DNA of 49,026 nucleotides, taken from Sanchytrium tribonematis. Taxonomy: Eukaryota. The position numbers and the translations under genes are program-made. The notes below the pieces were generated by a model. The model saw only the letters and a list, made by a program, of their open reading frames with translations, ran no database searches and had not been told where the DNA came from. Within the stretch, counting starts at the first letter, position 1. Each line of letters begins with the position of its first letter. Below, piece by piece: positions 13,002 through 24,266 of the stretch. Where the stretch lies: contig JADGIG010000015.1 of NCBI GenBank assembly GCA_018985235.1, forward strand, positions 1 to 49,026, read 5' to 3'.

Positions 13002-13898
13002 AAGAATTCCTTTGACTTTGCCTTTGCCTTTGTTCTTGTCGATTCTTGGCCATCCTTGTATTCTATTTTCAGACCTTCACCATAAATAAGCATGATCTGA
13101 TCTTTCATGACGCCCAACAAAACTTGGATTTCGCTCTTAGCTGTTTCAATCTGTGTTGTTAGCTGATCTAATTCCGATCTAGCCTTGTTTAATTGGCCAA
13201 TTAATTTGACTTGAACAGAATTTAGTGAATTAATTAATCTGTCATTCCCACCGTTCTCTTTCGCAGAATTTGGCACATCTGTAAATCTAACTTTTGTAGT
13301 GCTATTTTCCTTTGCACCAAACTATCCAAAAGAGCTTAAAGTCGTGCCTGTGATGCAAAAAACTGTGAGTAATCAAGGCTCAAGTTTTCAATGTATTTGT
13401 TCAAATTCATTCACAGTGTCGTCTTTAAATGCTCTTTCTTTCTCTGTGTCTCTTGTATTCCTTTTGTGTCCGCTATTTGGATCGCCAAAACTCGGATCAC
13501 TCGTCAAATACATGTTCATTTGGCACACCTTGTGACCTCAAACCTATCACTTGATTGGCTTATTAGTTTTCTTTACTAGACTTTTCGGGAGTTTCAAGAC
13601 TTCTGATTGGTCAAAATGGATCATTTGTTTTTTATAAAATGACGTAATCTTAAGTTATGGTTTATTCTGCCAAACTGATATGAAATTGGCAATTTATCAC
13701 CAAGTAATAGCTAGTGCCCCATGATAAATATCAATCGTATGATCGGTTAACCATTTTTACCCCTTGTAAACCAACTTTATCAACAACCAAAATTTGTTTC
13801 TTGATTTATTTGTGAAATTATCTGTCATAAATTGTACACTAAATCTGTACTGATTTGGAGCAAAAACGTTAATTTTAAATTTTGAAGTGGCTCACAAA

Positions 13899-14720
13899 AT
13901 GAACGCGACATTTCCAAAGACGTTCAACTACCCAAGTGCAGAAGAAATTCGTCAATTAAAAGTGCATGCGTTCTTCAACTATGATCCAGATATCAATTTA
14001 TGTTATGCAGCAGTTCCAATACTTGCATTGTTGACTCTTGCAATCACGTTTTTGAATATTCGCAATCGCAAATATGGATACATGTTTGCTTTGACAATGG
14101 TTGGATCTGCAGAAATTGCTGGTTATAGTAGACGTATTGTCATGATTCATGATCCGTCATTGGATAATATGATGATTATGCAGATTTTCTTAATGCTGGC
14201 ACCGAATATTCTTGTTTTGGTCAATTTTAGAGTGATTGTGGACGTGTTAAAAATGATCAATCTTAAGAAATGGGCAAAAGGATTGTCAATTGCATTTATT
14301 GTTTACTACATTGTCAGTTTTGGAGTTCAAATTAACGGAATTGTTGATTTTTTCAGTTCTGATGCAGATGTACGCGCTCAAGGCAAAACCTATGTGTTAG
14401 CTGGTACTTATATTCAATCAGTCTTTTTTGTATGTATCATCGTGTTCATCACTCAAGTCCATCGAAAAGCAAGAGATTCTCTTCCAATTTTTGTGGCTTT
14501 GTATTTTCAATTCACGTTCTTGTTTATTCGAGCCATTTTCAGAATTGTGTCATTTGAGTCTGATTCTTCTGCAGATGTCAACCGTCATGAATATTTCTTT
14601 GTCATTTTTGACACTGTGATTATTATGGCCATGTATGTCTCGTATATTGCATTACATTATCCAAGATACTTGGACAAAGTTCAGAAAGTTGCTCCTTCAA
14701 AAGATGTTGAAAATAAATAG
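13899..14720 (+). CDS. RTA1/RSB1-family multi-pass membrane protein (lipid-translocating exporter-like)
   Basis: About seven hydrophobic segments with family motifs EIAGY..R, QIFLMLAP, GTYIQSVFF, IRAIFRIV, HEYFFVIFD. First ATG at 13899. Confidence 0.85.
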   Translation: MNATFPKTFNYPSAEEIRQLKVHAFFNYDPDINLCYAAVPILALLTLAITFLNIRNRKYGYMFALTMVGSAEIAGYSRRIVMIHDPSLDNMMIMQIFLMLAPNILVLVNFRVIVDVLKMINLKKWAKGLSIAFIVYYIVSFGVQINGIVDFFSSDADVRAQGKTYVLAGTYIQSVFFVCIIVFITQVHRKARDSLPIFVALYFQFTFLFIRAIFRIVSFESDSSADVNRHEYFFVIFDTVIIMAMYVSYIALHYPRYLDKVQKVAPSKDVENK

Positions 14721-14767
14721 TATATCTCTCAATTTCTCATCAAGATTTTAGTTAAATTTAGAGAAAC

Positions 14768-15076
14768 ATGGTGCAAAATATGAGCAATTTTAATTTTACA
14801 TCAATTACGCAAAATTCAACAGCATATCGATTATATACTTCGAACACTAAGAACTCCACTAAAATAACTGATAAACCCACCACAACAGTTTATACAAGAT
14901 TTGTGAATGTGACGCAAACAACGGAGCCTGCAACAAAAACAACAACTACAACAACTACAACAACGGCAGATTCTTTTAATACAGTTAGACCATTAGCACG
15001 AGCTCCGTCAGATTCGTGCATATCAAAAGTGAATTTTTGGCTATTTATTTTGCTTTTATTAGTTAATAAATTATGA
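14768..15076 (+). CDS. Small Thr-rich protein with hydrophobic C-terminus (GPI-signal-like or tail anchor)
   Basis: 102 aa, poly-Thr tract, several NxS/T sequons, C-terminal FWLFILLLLV. No obvious signal peptide. Confidence 0.55.
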   Translation: MVQNMSNFNFTSITQNSTAYRLYTSNTKNSTKITDKPTTTVYTRFVNVTQTTEPATKTTTTTTTTTADSFNTVRPLARAPSDSCISKVNFWLFILLLLVNKL

Positions 15077-15270
15077 ATTCAAAAGGAGTAAACTCAAAAG
15101 TTTTTACTTGTAGCTATTGAGTCTTTTACGTAACAGCTCCAATATGTGCTGATTCTCCGCCTCAGTAAATTGTCAAATTCTTTGATTCTAACCTTTCACA
15201 ATTAGTCTTTTGTTACTTCGTAAAGTTAGATCAAATTGCGTTTTTAATTGTTTTGTGAAATGATGCCTTA

Positions 15271-16883
15271 TTGTCGATAGGTGCTTCGATTTTACTTTGT
15301 AGTGTTTTGATTCTAAACATGGAAAAAGAAATTAAAAATAATCCTTTAGAGATCATTTCCTTGTCCAAAGCATGGATGTCCTTTGGTGGAATAAGTATAC
15401 CTTATTACGCACCAAATGATTATTCAAAAGCTCTTCAAATTTGGAAAGATGAAGACGAGCGACTGCAGGGAATTTTAGCATATAGGTATGCTTTTAGAGC
15501 TGCTACCCACTCTTAGATTATAATGACAAATTTTCCTGGTAGTTTTTTGGAAGAACTGACATGTAACTGTACAAGAAATTGTAAATACAATCACTGGTTT
15601 ACTACTAGTGGATAAGGTGGACTCTGGCAATGGCGCGATCACAATATCCGAGTTGGTGATGGAAAAAGGTAAAACAGAAATTATTGAGGCAGTGGTCGGA
15701 ATTGAAAAAGCTCATTGACTTGCAACTGCCATGATTTTACCACAAGACGACAAAAATGCGTAAAAACAAGAAAACGTCTAAAATCTACCACTTCTGCTGA
15801 CATTCCTCGTTGTTTCTCATGTCATATTGAAAAGAGATGGTAAACACATTTTAGATATCAGTTTATTTAAAGGCATTTATGTACTACAACGAAAAGAAAC
15901 AAAAAATGAAGAATAGAGTTTATTTGTTAGAATTTAGACTATTTAATGATCGATTTATTGAGGATCTTTCTGAAATGGATCCACTTACGATTGATCACTG
16001 GGTCTACTTTCTATTTTAGTCTAACTGCCTTGATGTATTTGTATTCGAATATGCATATCGCAACAAAACGCATCCAGAATTGATGCAGTTTAACAAAGGA
16101 TCAGAGTCCTCAATTTCATTTGAAAATACAAACATTTGGAAATACAGCAAATTTTATAATGAGTCGATTCTATCTGATAGATTTAAGATTGTAATGAAGA
16201 ATGTTGATGCTAATCAGTACGATTTTGTATATTACGCAACAAACCTAAAATCTGCAAATTTGATATCAAAGAGACTCAACGCGGTTTCCAGCAGGTATCT
16301 CACAGATTTGGGCCCAGGATTCTATTGTGGTACAAATATGGAAAGTTGTATAAATTATGCACTGTTAAAAGATGGAAGATCCAAAGCAGCGAAAAGCAAA
16401 GAGAATTAGGCATATATTGGTGTTGTTTGGTTTGCGGTCAAAATACTATGGTAGATTTGGAAATTCAAAGATGAATCTCAATTGAAGAAATTCATTTGGT
16501 CTAGCAGAGAGGGAAACTATGATCATTGTGAAAATGGGCAAGACTTGTTCGAATTTTGGCAATCTAAAAGTATCAAAAGCAAAACGGGTGAAATTGAACG
16601 CAATTCTACATGGGAATGCATCAAATTAGTTGACGCTTTGCAAATCAAATATGATAAAAAGGACTACACCCATGTAAATAACGGATTACTTGGATTTTGT
16701 ATTATTGGATGTAAATTGGGAGACTTTCAAAAATTGTTAAATTATAAGAACACATTCCCAACACTTGTTTTTTCAAAGCCAACGGGAATGGTAGTGACTA
16801 GATTCGACTCTGATTCTGAAAGCAATAGGTACCGCATCAGTTTCAGACCATTCTCGAACAATGCTTTGATATTATTTATTTAA
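15271..16883 (+). pseudogene. Decayed gene of unknown family
   Basis: Co-oriented coding-like fragments (15271-15516, 16080-16409, 16482-16883) that 19-20 nt introns do not join. Confidence 0.4.
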
Positions 16884-17124
16884 TGTCGTGTTGTTGCACC
16901 CATGCCTTAATATCGTGAACGTAACAGATGCAGATTATCATCCCAATGATAATTAGCAAATAAACTGCTGCCAATACTTTATAACACAATCGTGTTTTAT
17001 TTCTCAATTTTATATCCTTAATTTCTGTTTCCTGTGTGTAAAGTGTTTCGATAGAGTCTAGAGATTTACACACTTCCAAATCCAAAGTTAATTCAGATTT
17101 TGGGCGCTCAATTTGAAATGGCAT
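16876..17124 (-). CDS. Small single-pass membrane protein (82 aa)
   Basis: Polar N-terminus, basic patch, TM VLAAVYLLIIIGMIICICYV. AATAAA overlaps the stop. Confidence 0.65.
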   Translation of the reverse strand: MPFQIERPKSELTLDLEVCKSLDSIETLYTQETEIKDIKLRNKTRLCYKVLAAVYLLIIIGMIICICYVHDIKAWVQQHDIK

Positions 17125-17213
17125 TTGTGTCAGGGAAAATCAAGAAAGTACAAAGGAACATCTAATTTCAAAACCAGATATCATGTAGATGACTCCCCGT
17201 CTATCTCAACTAT

Positions 17214-17426
17214 TTATTTTATAGAAAGATAAAGAATTATACCTATTAGGAGACATATAAAAAGGAAAGCAATTACAATTGACTTGCCAAAATTTCTTTT
17301 TCGCAAATGCTTATTTTGCTTCTCAATTTCTAATTTCCTTCTTGTTGAACTTCCTGGGTACAACGTCTGCTTTTCTAAATCTTCAGATTGATGATAATTG
17401 TTGAAATCGGACGGCTGAGACTTCAT
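17214..17426 (-). CDS. Small single-pass (tail-anchored-like) membrane protein (70 aa)
   Basis: Basic patch LRKRNFGK, then TM SIVIAFLFICLLIGIILYLSI. AATAAA overlaps the stop. Confidence 0.65.
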   Translation of the reverse strand: MKSQPSDFNNYHQSEDLEKQTLYPGSSTRRKLEIEKQNKHLRKRNFGKSIVIAFLFICLLIGIILYLSIK

Positions 17427-17477
17427 GAAATTGATGATTTGAGGAGAACCCTGAGATGTTTGATTATATCCATATGT

Positions 17478-17714
17478 TTATTGAATATGCTGATCGAAAT
17501 AGACATAAATTCGATACGACAAGTAGAGTACAACTAACAAAAGTCCAATTCCAAATAAAATGACACAGAAGGTCGCAAATGGTTTTCGTTCTTTTTTCTC
17601 AATTAGCTTTTGAGTTCTCATGGAAGCATTTGAATTACATCTACTTAATGGTCGCGCAGTGCTCACGGTGTATAAAGATACATCATCGTTAAATTCATAT
17701 TCGTTAGTATTCAT
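17478..17714 (-). CDS. Small single-pass membrane protein (78 aa)
   Basis: Basic patch KKERK, then TM FATFCVILFGIGLLLVVLYLSY. AATAAA overlaps the stop. Confidence 0.65.
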   Translation of the reverse strand: MNTNEYEFNDDVSLYTVSTARPLSRCNSNASMRTQKLIEKKERKPFATFCVILFGIGLLLVVLYLSYRIYVYFDQHIQ

Positions 17715-17905
17715 GTTGATCTACTTTCCCTTAGGAGAAAATTATCTCCTTTGTAGTACTTCATATTTTAAAGATTGAAATGAATCACGACACTACTCCA
17801 TTCTACTAATTGCAAGAAATTGTTATAAGTCTTTAGAATGATGCTTATCTTAATGGCTTGATAATCATCAGTCGACGAGCAATAAACGTGATTTTAATTT
17901 GAAAC

Positions 17906-19092
17906 ATGTTACTTATAGGTGAGATTCTTGATCCTAAGAAAGATTTCGATTTAAAGGAATGCCATGAAATATTTAATGGTGTTTATAGGGAGTACAAGGA
18001 TCATATTCAATATATTTTGCGATGCAAGAATGAAAAGGATGGGAAAGCGCATTCAGAAGTCAAAATTATCGATAATAAGAATGTGTACACTTATGATGCA
18101 TTGGAGTCAGCTGCATTTCTAAAATGGGATTGTTGCAATGGTAAATTTCCATTTCATGAATTTCATGGTGCGGAGGAACCAAGGCTTTTTTATTATAAAA
18201 ACGAAGCCTACCTCTATTACAGCATGAATAATCCGCTGGCAAAAGATCCTATTCGAGGAATAGAGTATATCAAATATGAAGACGCCATGAAAAACAAACA
18301 GACAGCTACTTTTCTGCAACCTAATATTTTTGGTAAAACGAATGAAGTTGAAAAAAATTGGATATTTTTTAGTAACCAGACTGATATTCTGGTATATTAT
18401 TCAATGAACCCATGGATTTTGGGAGAAGTTAATCAGGAAAAGAAAACTTTTGAAGCCAAAATTTCACGAAATTACGATTGCGTAGATCCAAAGATGTCAG
18501 TTCATTTTTCTTCTAATGCATTGCCGGTCAATGTTGATGGAAGAGAAGAATTGCTTTATTTTGTAAATTATAGACCACATCCTGGCCAAATGGAGTATGT
18601 TCCAGGATTTGCTTTCATGTCAGCCACTGCTCCATATGAGCTACTAAGAGTGAGCAACGACCATTTGGAAAGTAGTCTGAAACCTCAAAAATTGGTTTAT
18701 TATAATTCAATCACAGTCAAAGGTAATTTATTCTTTATTTAGGAAAAGAAAAGTTTCATGCTTACGCGGACACCGTCAAGCAACATTCAGACACGTTGAT
18801 TTTAAGCGGTGGACTTGATGATGCACAATTTTTCAAGTCTGAGGTCAGTCTACTTGAAATATTAAAGATTCCAACTAAAAACTGTACGCCTGCGAATGTG
18901 AATTACACATACTTTAATATACTTTCGCCCGAAGAAGCTCGAGCTCGATCTTTGAAAATTCAGCAAACATATACATTTACAATCTATCTCATCGTTATCA
19001 TTTTAGCAATGTCTGGTTTTTATTTTTACAAAAAAAGAAAGGTAGTCAAAAAGGAATATCTCAAATTGAATGCAAAGTCTCATAAAGTGTAA
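17906..19092 (+). CDS. Beta-propeller glyco-enzyme-like protein (GH130/beta-mannosyltransferase-like motifs) with C-terminal TM; exons 17906-18722 and 18743-19092, ~388 aa; 5' end uncertain
   Basis: GAEEPRLF, VEKNWIFF, VYYSMNP, ILSGGLDD. A 20-nt intron joins the two ORFs in frame. C-terminal TM plus basic tail. Confidence 0.6.
18723..18742 (+). other. 20-nt spliceosomal intron GTAATTTATTCTTTATTTAG
   Basis: Removal fuses ORF 17906 with the frame of ORF 18796-19092. Confidence 0.8.
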
Positions 19093-19631
19093 ATAAATGA
19101 TTGAAATTTCATTATGCTAATTTTATAAAACAAGATATACCAAATTGATTTAAATACGCGAAAGAAAGTGTAATAAATATCCAAATACTACCGTCCAATA
19201 ATCTTAGATTTGAAGTGATGCGCTCAGGAAAACATCAACCAAAAATGAAGAATTTGAGGCACTTTGGCTCCAAGTCATCTTACTTAGTGCGCCCATTGTG
19301 ACTTGAGATTCAAAAAAAAAATAGATTTCGATGTGAGGTGTAATATTACTCAATATATTAAACAAAATCAAATCTTTGCAAGGTCTGGTATCAGCTAATA
19401 TTTTGTTATTAATAGTTTGAGCATGCGCTGTGCCGCGGAATTTTACAAGCGTATTTGCAAATTCCACTCAAATATTAGTGTTATCAAATTTACTCAAATT
19501 TTTGTTTTAATGCGTTGTAAGCATAAACATTTTTTAACGTATTTGTATTAAACCGTGTGATTATGCTCCTTTTTAGATATCAGCACCCATTTTAAGTATA
19601 TTTCGAACCATTTTTATAAAACACATCTCAA

Positions 19632-20675
19632 ATGTCGAGATATATAGATATCTTTTCTAATCACTCTCATTTTGAGAAACATTATAAGGAAATTCAAGTT
19701 GAATGCAAAAATGCTAATATTGAAGAATCAACTTTTCAGCAACTTGGTTTAAAAATTGCAATAATCATGCAATCCATAAAAACTTCGCAAAAGATTAGAT
19801 TCTGTAAACAATTTGAGCAGTTTTGGGCTGAATTTGAGACTCAATTTGGTTCGTTTGACAAGACTGATGTCAAATCAGTGCTAAATGCTTTATATGATTC
19901 CGAAGGACGTCAAATTTTTGGAAAATACCTCTATTACGAATCCCATGCAGATGCTTACTTTGACTTAATGACACTCAACGAATACAAGGCCTTAGATGAA
20001 TACCTCGACGGCGTTCCTGCTTCCTACTTACTTGATTGTGGACTTGATCAATTCCTCTGTGATATTCCCAAAAAGCACCGCATTGTTGCTCGTAGTTTCT
20101 ATAAAAAATTGTGTGAACAGAGTATTTATGTAGACTCGATTCAAAACATTATAGACTTAGAATTCAAATGTAAATCGATCAAAAAAGCTAATGGCAAAAT
20201 GTACGAATTGCCAATTGATAAATTAGGATACTGGATCACTAATGTACTAGACATGAGCCGTATTTCTTACTTAAATTTGTCAAGTTGTGGACTAGTTAAA
20301 GAGGACTTGACATATCTGGTCAATTTACCAGCAAAATTGGATATTCTTAATATAGCTGACAATAACCTTCAAATTAAGAAGGACGATATTGAATTTGAGA
20401 TCCTGTTGGATTTAATTAGTAACGTGTCAAAGCTCGATGTGTCCAACAATCCATTCGGATATATGAAGAGAACTATTGATGTAATTAGATCAAAAGGATT
20501 GCTTTACAAATATATATGGTTCAATTCTGGACAAATTCCTTCACTTGAAGAGAAACAGGGTTGGGTGAGATGCTTGAGAGAGTGGAATTATACTGAAGAT
20601 GACCTGGTTATTGTTTATGATGCCCATATCAGTTATAGCACCACATTAATTCACCTGACAATGAGATCTGAATAA
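19632..20675 (+). CDS. Leucine-rich-repeat-containing protein (347 aa)
   Basis: C-terminal LRRs: ISYLNLSSCGL, LDILNIADNNL, VSKLDVSNNPF. N-terminal region unassigned. Confidence 0.75.
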   Translation: MSRYIDIFSNHSHFEKHYKEIQVECKNANIEESTFQQLGLKIAIIMQSIKTSQKIRFCKQFEQFWAEFETQFGSFDKTDVKSVLNALYDSEGRQIFGKYLYYESHADAYFDLMTLNEYKALDEYLDGVPASYLLDCGLDQFLCDIPKKHRIVARSFYKKLCEQSIYVDSIQNIIDLEFKCKSIKKANGKMYELPIDKLGYWITNVLDMSRISYLNLSSCGLVKEDLTYLVNLPAKLDILNIADNNLQIKKDDIEFEILLDLISNVSKLDVSNNPFGYMKRTIDVIRSKGLLYKYIWFNSGQIPSLEEKQGWVRCLREWNYTEDDLVIVYDAHISYSTTLIHLTMRSE

Positions 20676-20766
20676 AATGCCTCTGATTTAACACATAATT
20701 TTTTCTATAGCTTGAGGCGCTTCCTTTTCCCAGGTGAGAACCAAGCACTCCTTGTTTAATCTTTAA

Positions 20767-22290
20767 ATGCAGCGCAATTTTGAGGACCCTATATATGTAA
20801 ACAACAAATGCTACGTCAAGAATTTGGAATTAATTCGGGAGCACATGAAATTAGAAGACAAAGAACAATTGTATGATGCCGTTTGGTGCTGCAGTCATTG
20901 TTTTCAGATCCTTCAAAGTGACCATGTTTATTGCACCACTTGTGATATCAAATTAAATGGAAGTCAAGATCGGCTAGACAGCTATAGAGAAACATGTAGT
21001 AAATTTGTGAGCTGTTATTCATGTGGTTACATGGTACAAGTTAAAATTGACCAATCTCTAGAAAATACCAGTTACAAGAAACACCTGGTGAAATCAGTTT
21101 GCGGCATCGTGCAAAAAATGAAAACCAGATACAACGGCAAGTTAGTGGCTGAATTTTTAAAAGGGCCAAAATGGGATGATTTCAATTACGATATTGTAAA
21201 TAGACACAGAAATGCAATTAAGAAGATTGTCAGTCAAAATATACCAGACAGTGAATCAAATTATATGGAAGATTCTATAAAAAATCGTAAATTAAGTCAA
21301 CGAGTAGCTACTCGCGTAAGTTACAAAGAATCAGAAACAAGTGCTACAAGCGATTCGGAGCAGCCCGCGGCATTTCTTAAAAACAACTTGTTTTATGAGT
21401 CAAATGATGAATGGAATAATAATTTACTTCATTCCGATTCTACTGGTGAGCAAAGTGAAAAACCAACTCCAAAAGCTGTTAAAAATCTTCCAAATTTACC
21501 TCCGTATGCGTTGAAAAGCAAAAATGTAATTTGTAATAATTTTAACCATGCTGATAGGACACAAAATGTCCAATTACATTATTCCAATAATATTCCAAAA
21601 CCTACACCAGAACAGACAAATGAAAATGTCACGTCATTTCAACCAGAAAGGAGCCAAACATCAGCAACTCAGTCATCTGATTCCGCCATTCATACTACTT
21701 TTGACTCAACTCTCAAATTACTGGAGCAATCCATCAAATCTTCCATCGTCAATATCAAATCATTCATTTTATGTAGCACATCAAGTCAAATAGAATTTTA
21801 TCATAGGTTTTTAAATTCAAAATTGGTAGACATCATATACAATTTACCATATTTAAGCCCGGCAAACTTTTTCAACAAGATCGCTTTATATTTCAAATTA
21901 ATTCAACAAGAAGGTCATTTCGATAAGTTGTTTCTTCAAATTACAAGAACACAGAATGAGGATTTGATGAATCAATTTATAAATATGCTTGCTCAAATAC
22001 AATCCCATGTTGAAGCCACTTTTTTATACAACGAGATGGAAATGGTTCAACATTCCTTGTTTCATACGCGGCAGTCTTGTGAATTGCAGCCGTGTAGGAA
22101 TTGTGATTTTGTTAGTCAGCAAATCGATACTAAACTTTTAAAAGAGCATCAATCGCATTTTAATGAATTGTTGATTGGCGTGTCAAATGTGAAAAGCAAT
22201 CTTTTAAGAATTCTCCAAACTTATTCAGAAAAAGCAAAGTATTATCTAACTGTATTAGATAACAACGACATTGTATTTCAATACGAGTAG
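20767..22290 (+). CDS. Uncharacterised protein with Cys/His-rich putative zinc-binding N-terminus (507 aa)
   Basis: Intact ORF. CSHC, CTTC, CYSC, H...C at the N-terminus, a low-complexity middle, and a helical C-terminus with CELQPCRNC. Confidence 0.7.
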   Translation: MQRNFEDPIYVNNKCYVKNLELIREHMKLEDKEQLYDAVWCCSHCFQILQSDHVYCTTCDIKLNGSQDRLDSYRETCSKFVSCYSCGYMVQVKIDQSLENTSYKKHLVKSVCGIVQKMKTRYNGKLVAEFLKGPKWDDFNYDIVNRHRNAIKKIVSQNIPDSESNYMEDSIKNRKLSQRVATRVSYKESETSATSDSEQPAAFLKNNLFYESNDEWNNNLLHSDSTGEQSEKPTPKAVKNLPNLPPYALKSKNVICNNFNHADRTQNVQLHYSNNIPKPTPEQTNENVTSFQPERSQTSATQSSDSAIHTTFDSTLKLLEQSIKSSIVNIKSFILCSTSSQIEFYHRFLNSKLVDIIYNLPYLSPANFFNKIALYFKLIQQEGHFDKLFLQITRTQNEDLMNQFINMLAQIQSHVEATFLYNEMEMVQHSLFHTRQSCELQPCRNCDFVSQQIDTKLLKEHQSHFNELLIGVSNVKSNLLRILQTYSEKAKYYLTVLDNNDIVFQYE

Positions 22291-22602
22291 ACACAATCAA
22301 AAATTGTTCTTTTTTATTTTAATTTTTTGTACCATTTTAATTAAACTGTTTTGAAAGTGAGAGGAATCTTTGAGCCTTATGCCCGATAAAAGTTTGAAAA
22401 CATATTAACGATTAAAGTTTGATATCCAAACGTGTTCCACGTCAATAGTCCAAAAAAGTTGTGGCTATATTTTACTAAATAGAATTCATTATTTGATATC
22501 ACTGATTCCAAACAGAGAATGGCAATTTGAGATTTAAACTACTGTTTTAAAAAAATAAATTTTCAAATTTTGTTACGTGGCTTCTTTTGAAACTCGAATT
22601 TT

Positions 22603-24242
22603 ATGAAGAGTATCAAAAACAAATTAAGCGCACAGAAAAAAATAATAAGAAAGAATTCAACCAAGAGCGACAAAAAGTCCAAGTCTTCGCGTATTATTCC
22701 AAGCGCAGATAAATTTATTGAAAAATTACCAAATATTAAGGACGTTGAAAAGTCTCAACAATTACAATTGGTTTTAAAGAAATTAAAGCAATGCCAAGTT
22801 TTATTCGATTTTAATGATATGAGCGATTTAACAGGTAAAGAAATGAAGCGATTAATTCTAGTAGAATTGGTAGATTGGTTCAATACTACGAAACAGATTG
22901 ATGAATTAGTATATCCAGCCTTATTAGAAATGGTGAGTGCTAATTTGTTTAGGACACTTCCACCTCACGTTAATCCAACAGGGGAAGCATTTGACCCCGA
23001 GGAGGACGAACCAATCCTAGAGGCCGCTTGGCCTCATTTACAATTAGTGTATGAATGTTTTTTAAGATGCATAGAAAATGCTGAATTTAACCCTACTATC
23101 GCCAAAAAGTATCTAGATACAGTTTTCATTGGTAGTATTTTAGATTTATTCGACAGTGAAGATCCAAGAGAACGTGACTTTTTAAAGACCACTTTACACA
23201 GAATATATGGTAAATTCTTACATTTAAGATCATACATTAGAAAACAAATGAACAACATATTCTTTCGATTTATCTACGAGGTTGAGAGGCATAATGGAAT
23301 TGCCGAATTTTTAGAAATATTGGGATCAATTATTAATGGATTTGCTTTACCTTTAAAAGACGAGCACAAAACATTTTTATTTAAGGTATTATTGCCGCTT
23401 CACAAAACTAAAACCCTTGCTTTATATCATCCTCAACTCGCGTATTGCGTCGTACAATTTTTAGAAAAAGACCAAACATTAGCAGATCCTGTCTTGACAC
23501 AGCTTTTAAGATTGTGGCCTAAAACCAATTCTCCAAAGGAAACCATGTATTTAAATGAATTAGAAGAATTGTTGGACACATTGGAACCTGCTATTTTCTC
23601 AGGGATTTATGAAAAAGTTTTCCGACAATTGGGAAGATGCATTGCATCCCCTCACTTTCAGGTTGCAGAGCGTGCGCTGCTAATATTTAATAACGAATAT
23701 ATATCTCAATTAATGCAAGAATACCTATCTGGTGTTTTGCCATTGATATTAGGGCCATTAATTACCGCATCCAAGGGGCACTGGAATAAAAACATCCATT
23801 CTCAAGTTCTACATACCCTCAAAGTATTTATGGAAATGAATCCTCAGCTATTAGAAGATTGCACTCAGCAGCTGAAAACGGCAACTCAAAACGAAAAAAA
23901 TCTAAAAACTGAGAGGGAACAGAAATGGATACAAATGATGAGTGAGATTCAGCACACTCCTATAAATCTTGACCAGCTCACCATTGCGCACCAAACTGAA
24001 GAAAAATCTCAAGGATCAACAGAAGAAGAGTTGGAACAGAGTGTCGAAAATGTGTTGGATATGCTTAGTGACATACCAGAAGTATTTCTTCGCTTATTTA
24101 GGTGGAAAAATCAAATACAATGGATCATATGAGAAGAAAATCTGTTCTTCCTGTGGACCAAGAAGTTATGAGCGAATTAGCCAGACATCAGAGCTTAGAT
24201 GACGTTTTAACAAAGAAAGAAGAACTAGTAAATCCTTCGTAA
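22603..24242 (+). CDS. RTS1: PP2A regulatory subunit B' (B56); exons 22603-24081 and 24102-24242, 539 aa
   Basis: [57 protein letters not shown]. Splicing restores the conserved C-terminal RRKSVLPVD...L..H motif. Confidence 0.97.
24082..24101 (+). other. 20-nt spliceosomal intron GTATTTCTTCGCTTATTTAG
   Basis: Removal restores the B56 tail [20 protein letters not shown]. Confidence 0.88.
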
Positions 24243-24266
24243 TTTAAGATTTTTTATTTTTCAAAC

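Noticed and set aside
1..13600. Fanzor/TnpB-like RNA-guided nuclease, CRISPR array or other prokaryotic defence system
   Set aside because: No RuvC/zinc-ribbon motif set and no regularly spaced repeats were seen, and the DNA is eukaryotic.
17214..17714. Stop-codon readthrough fusing two small membrane ORFs (same frame, one TAA, open 51-nt spacer)
   Set aside because: The TAA sits inside AATAAA like other true gene ends here, and the downstream ORF has its own ATG. An open in-frame 17-codon spacer can occur by chance.
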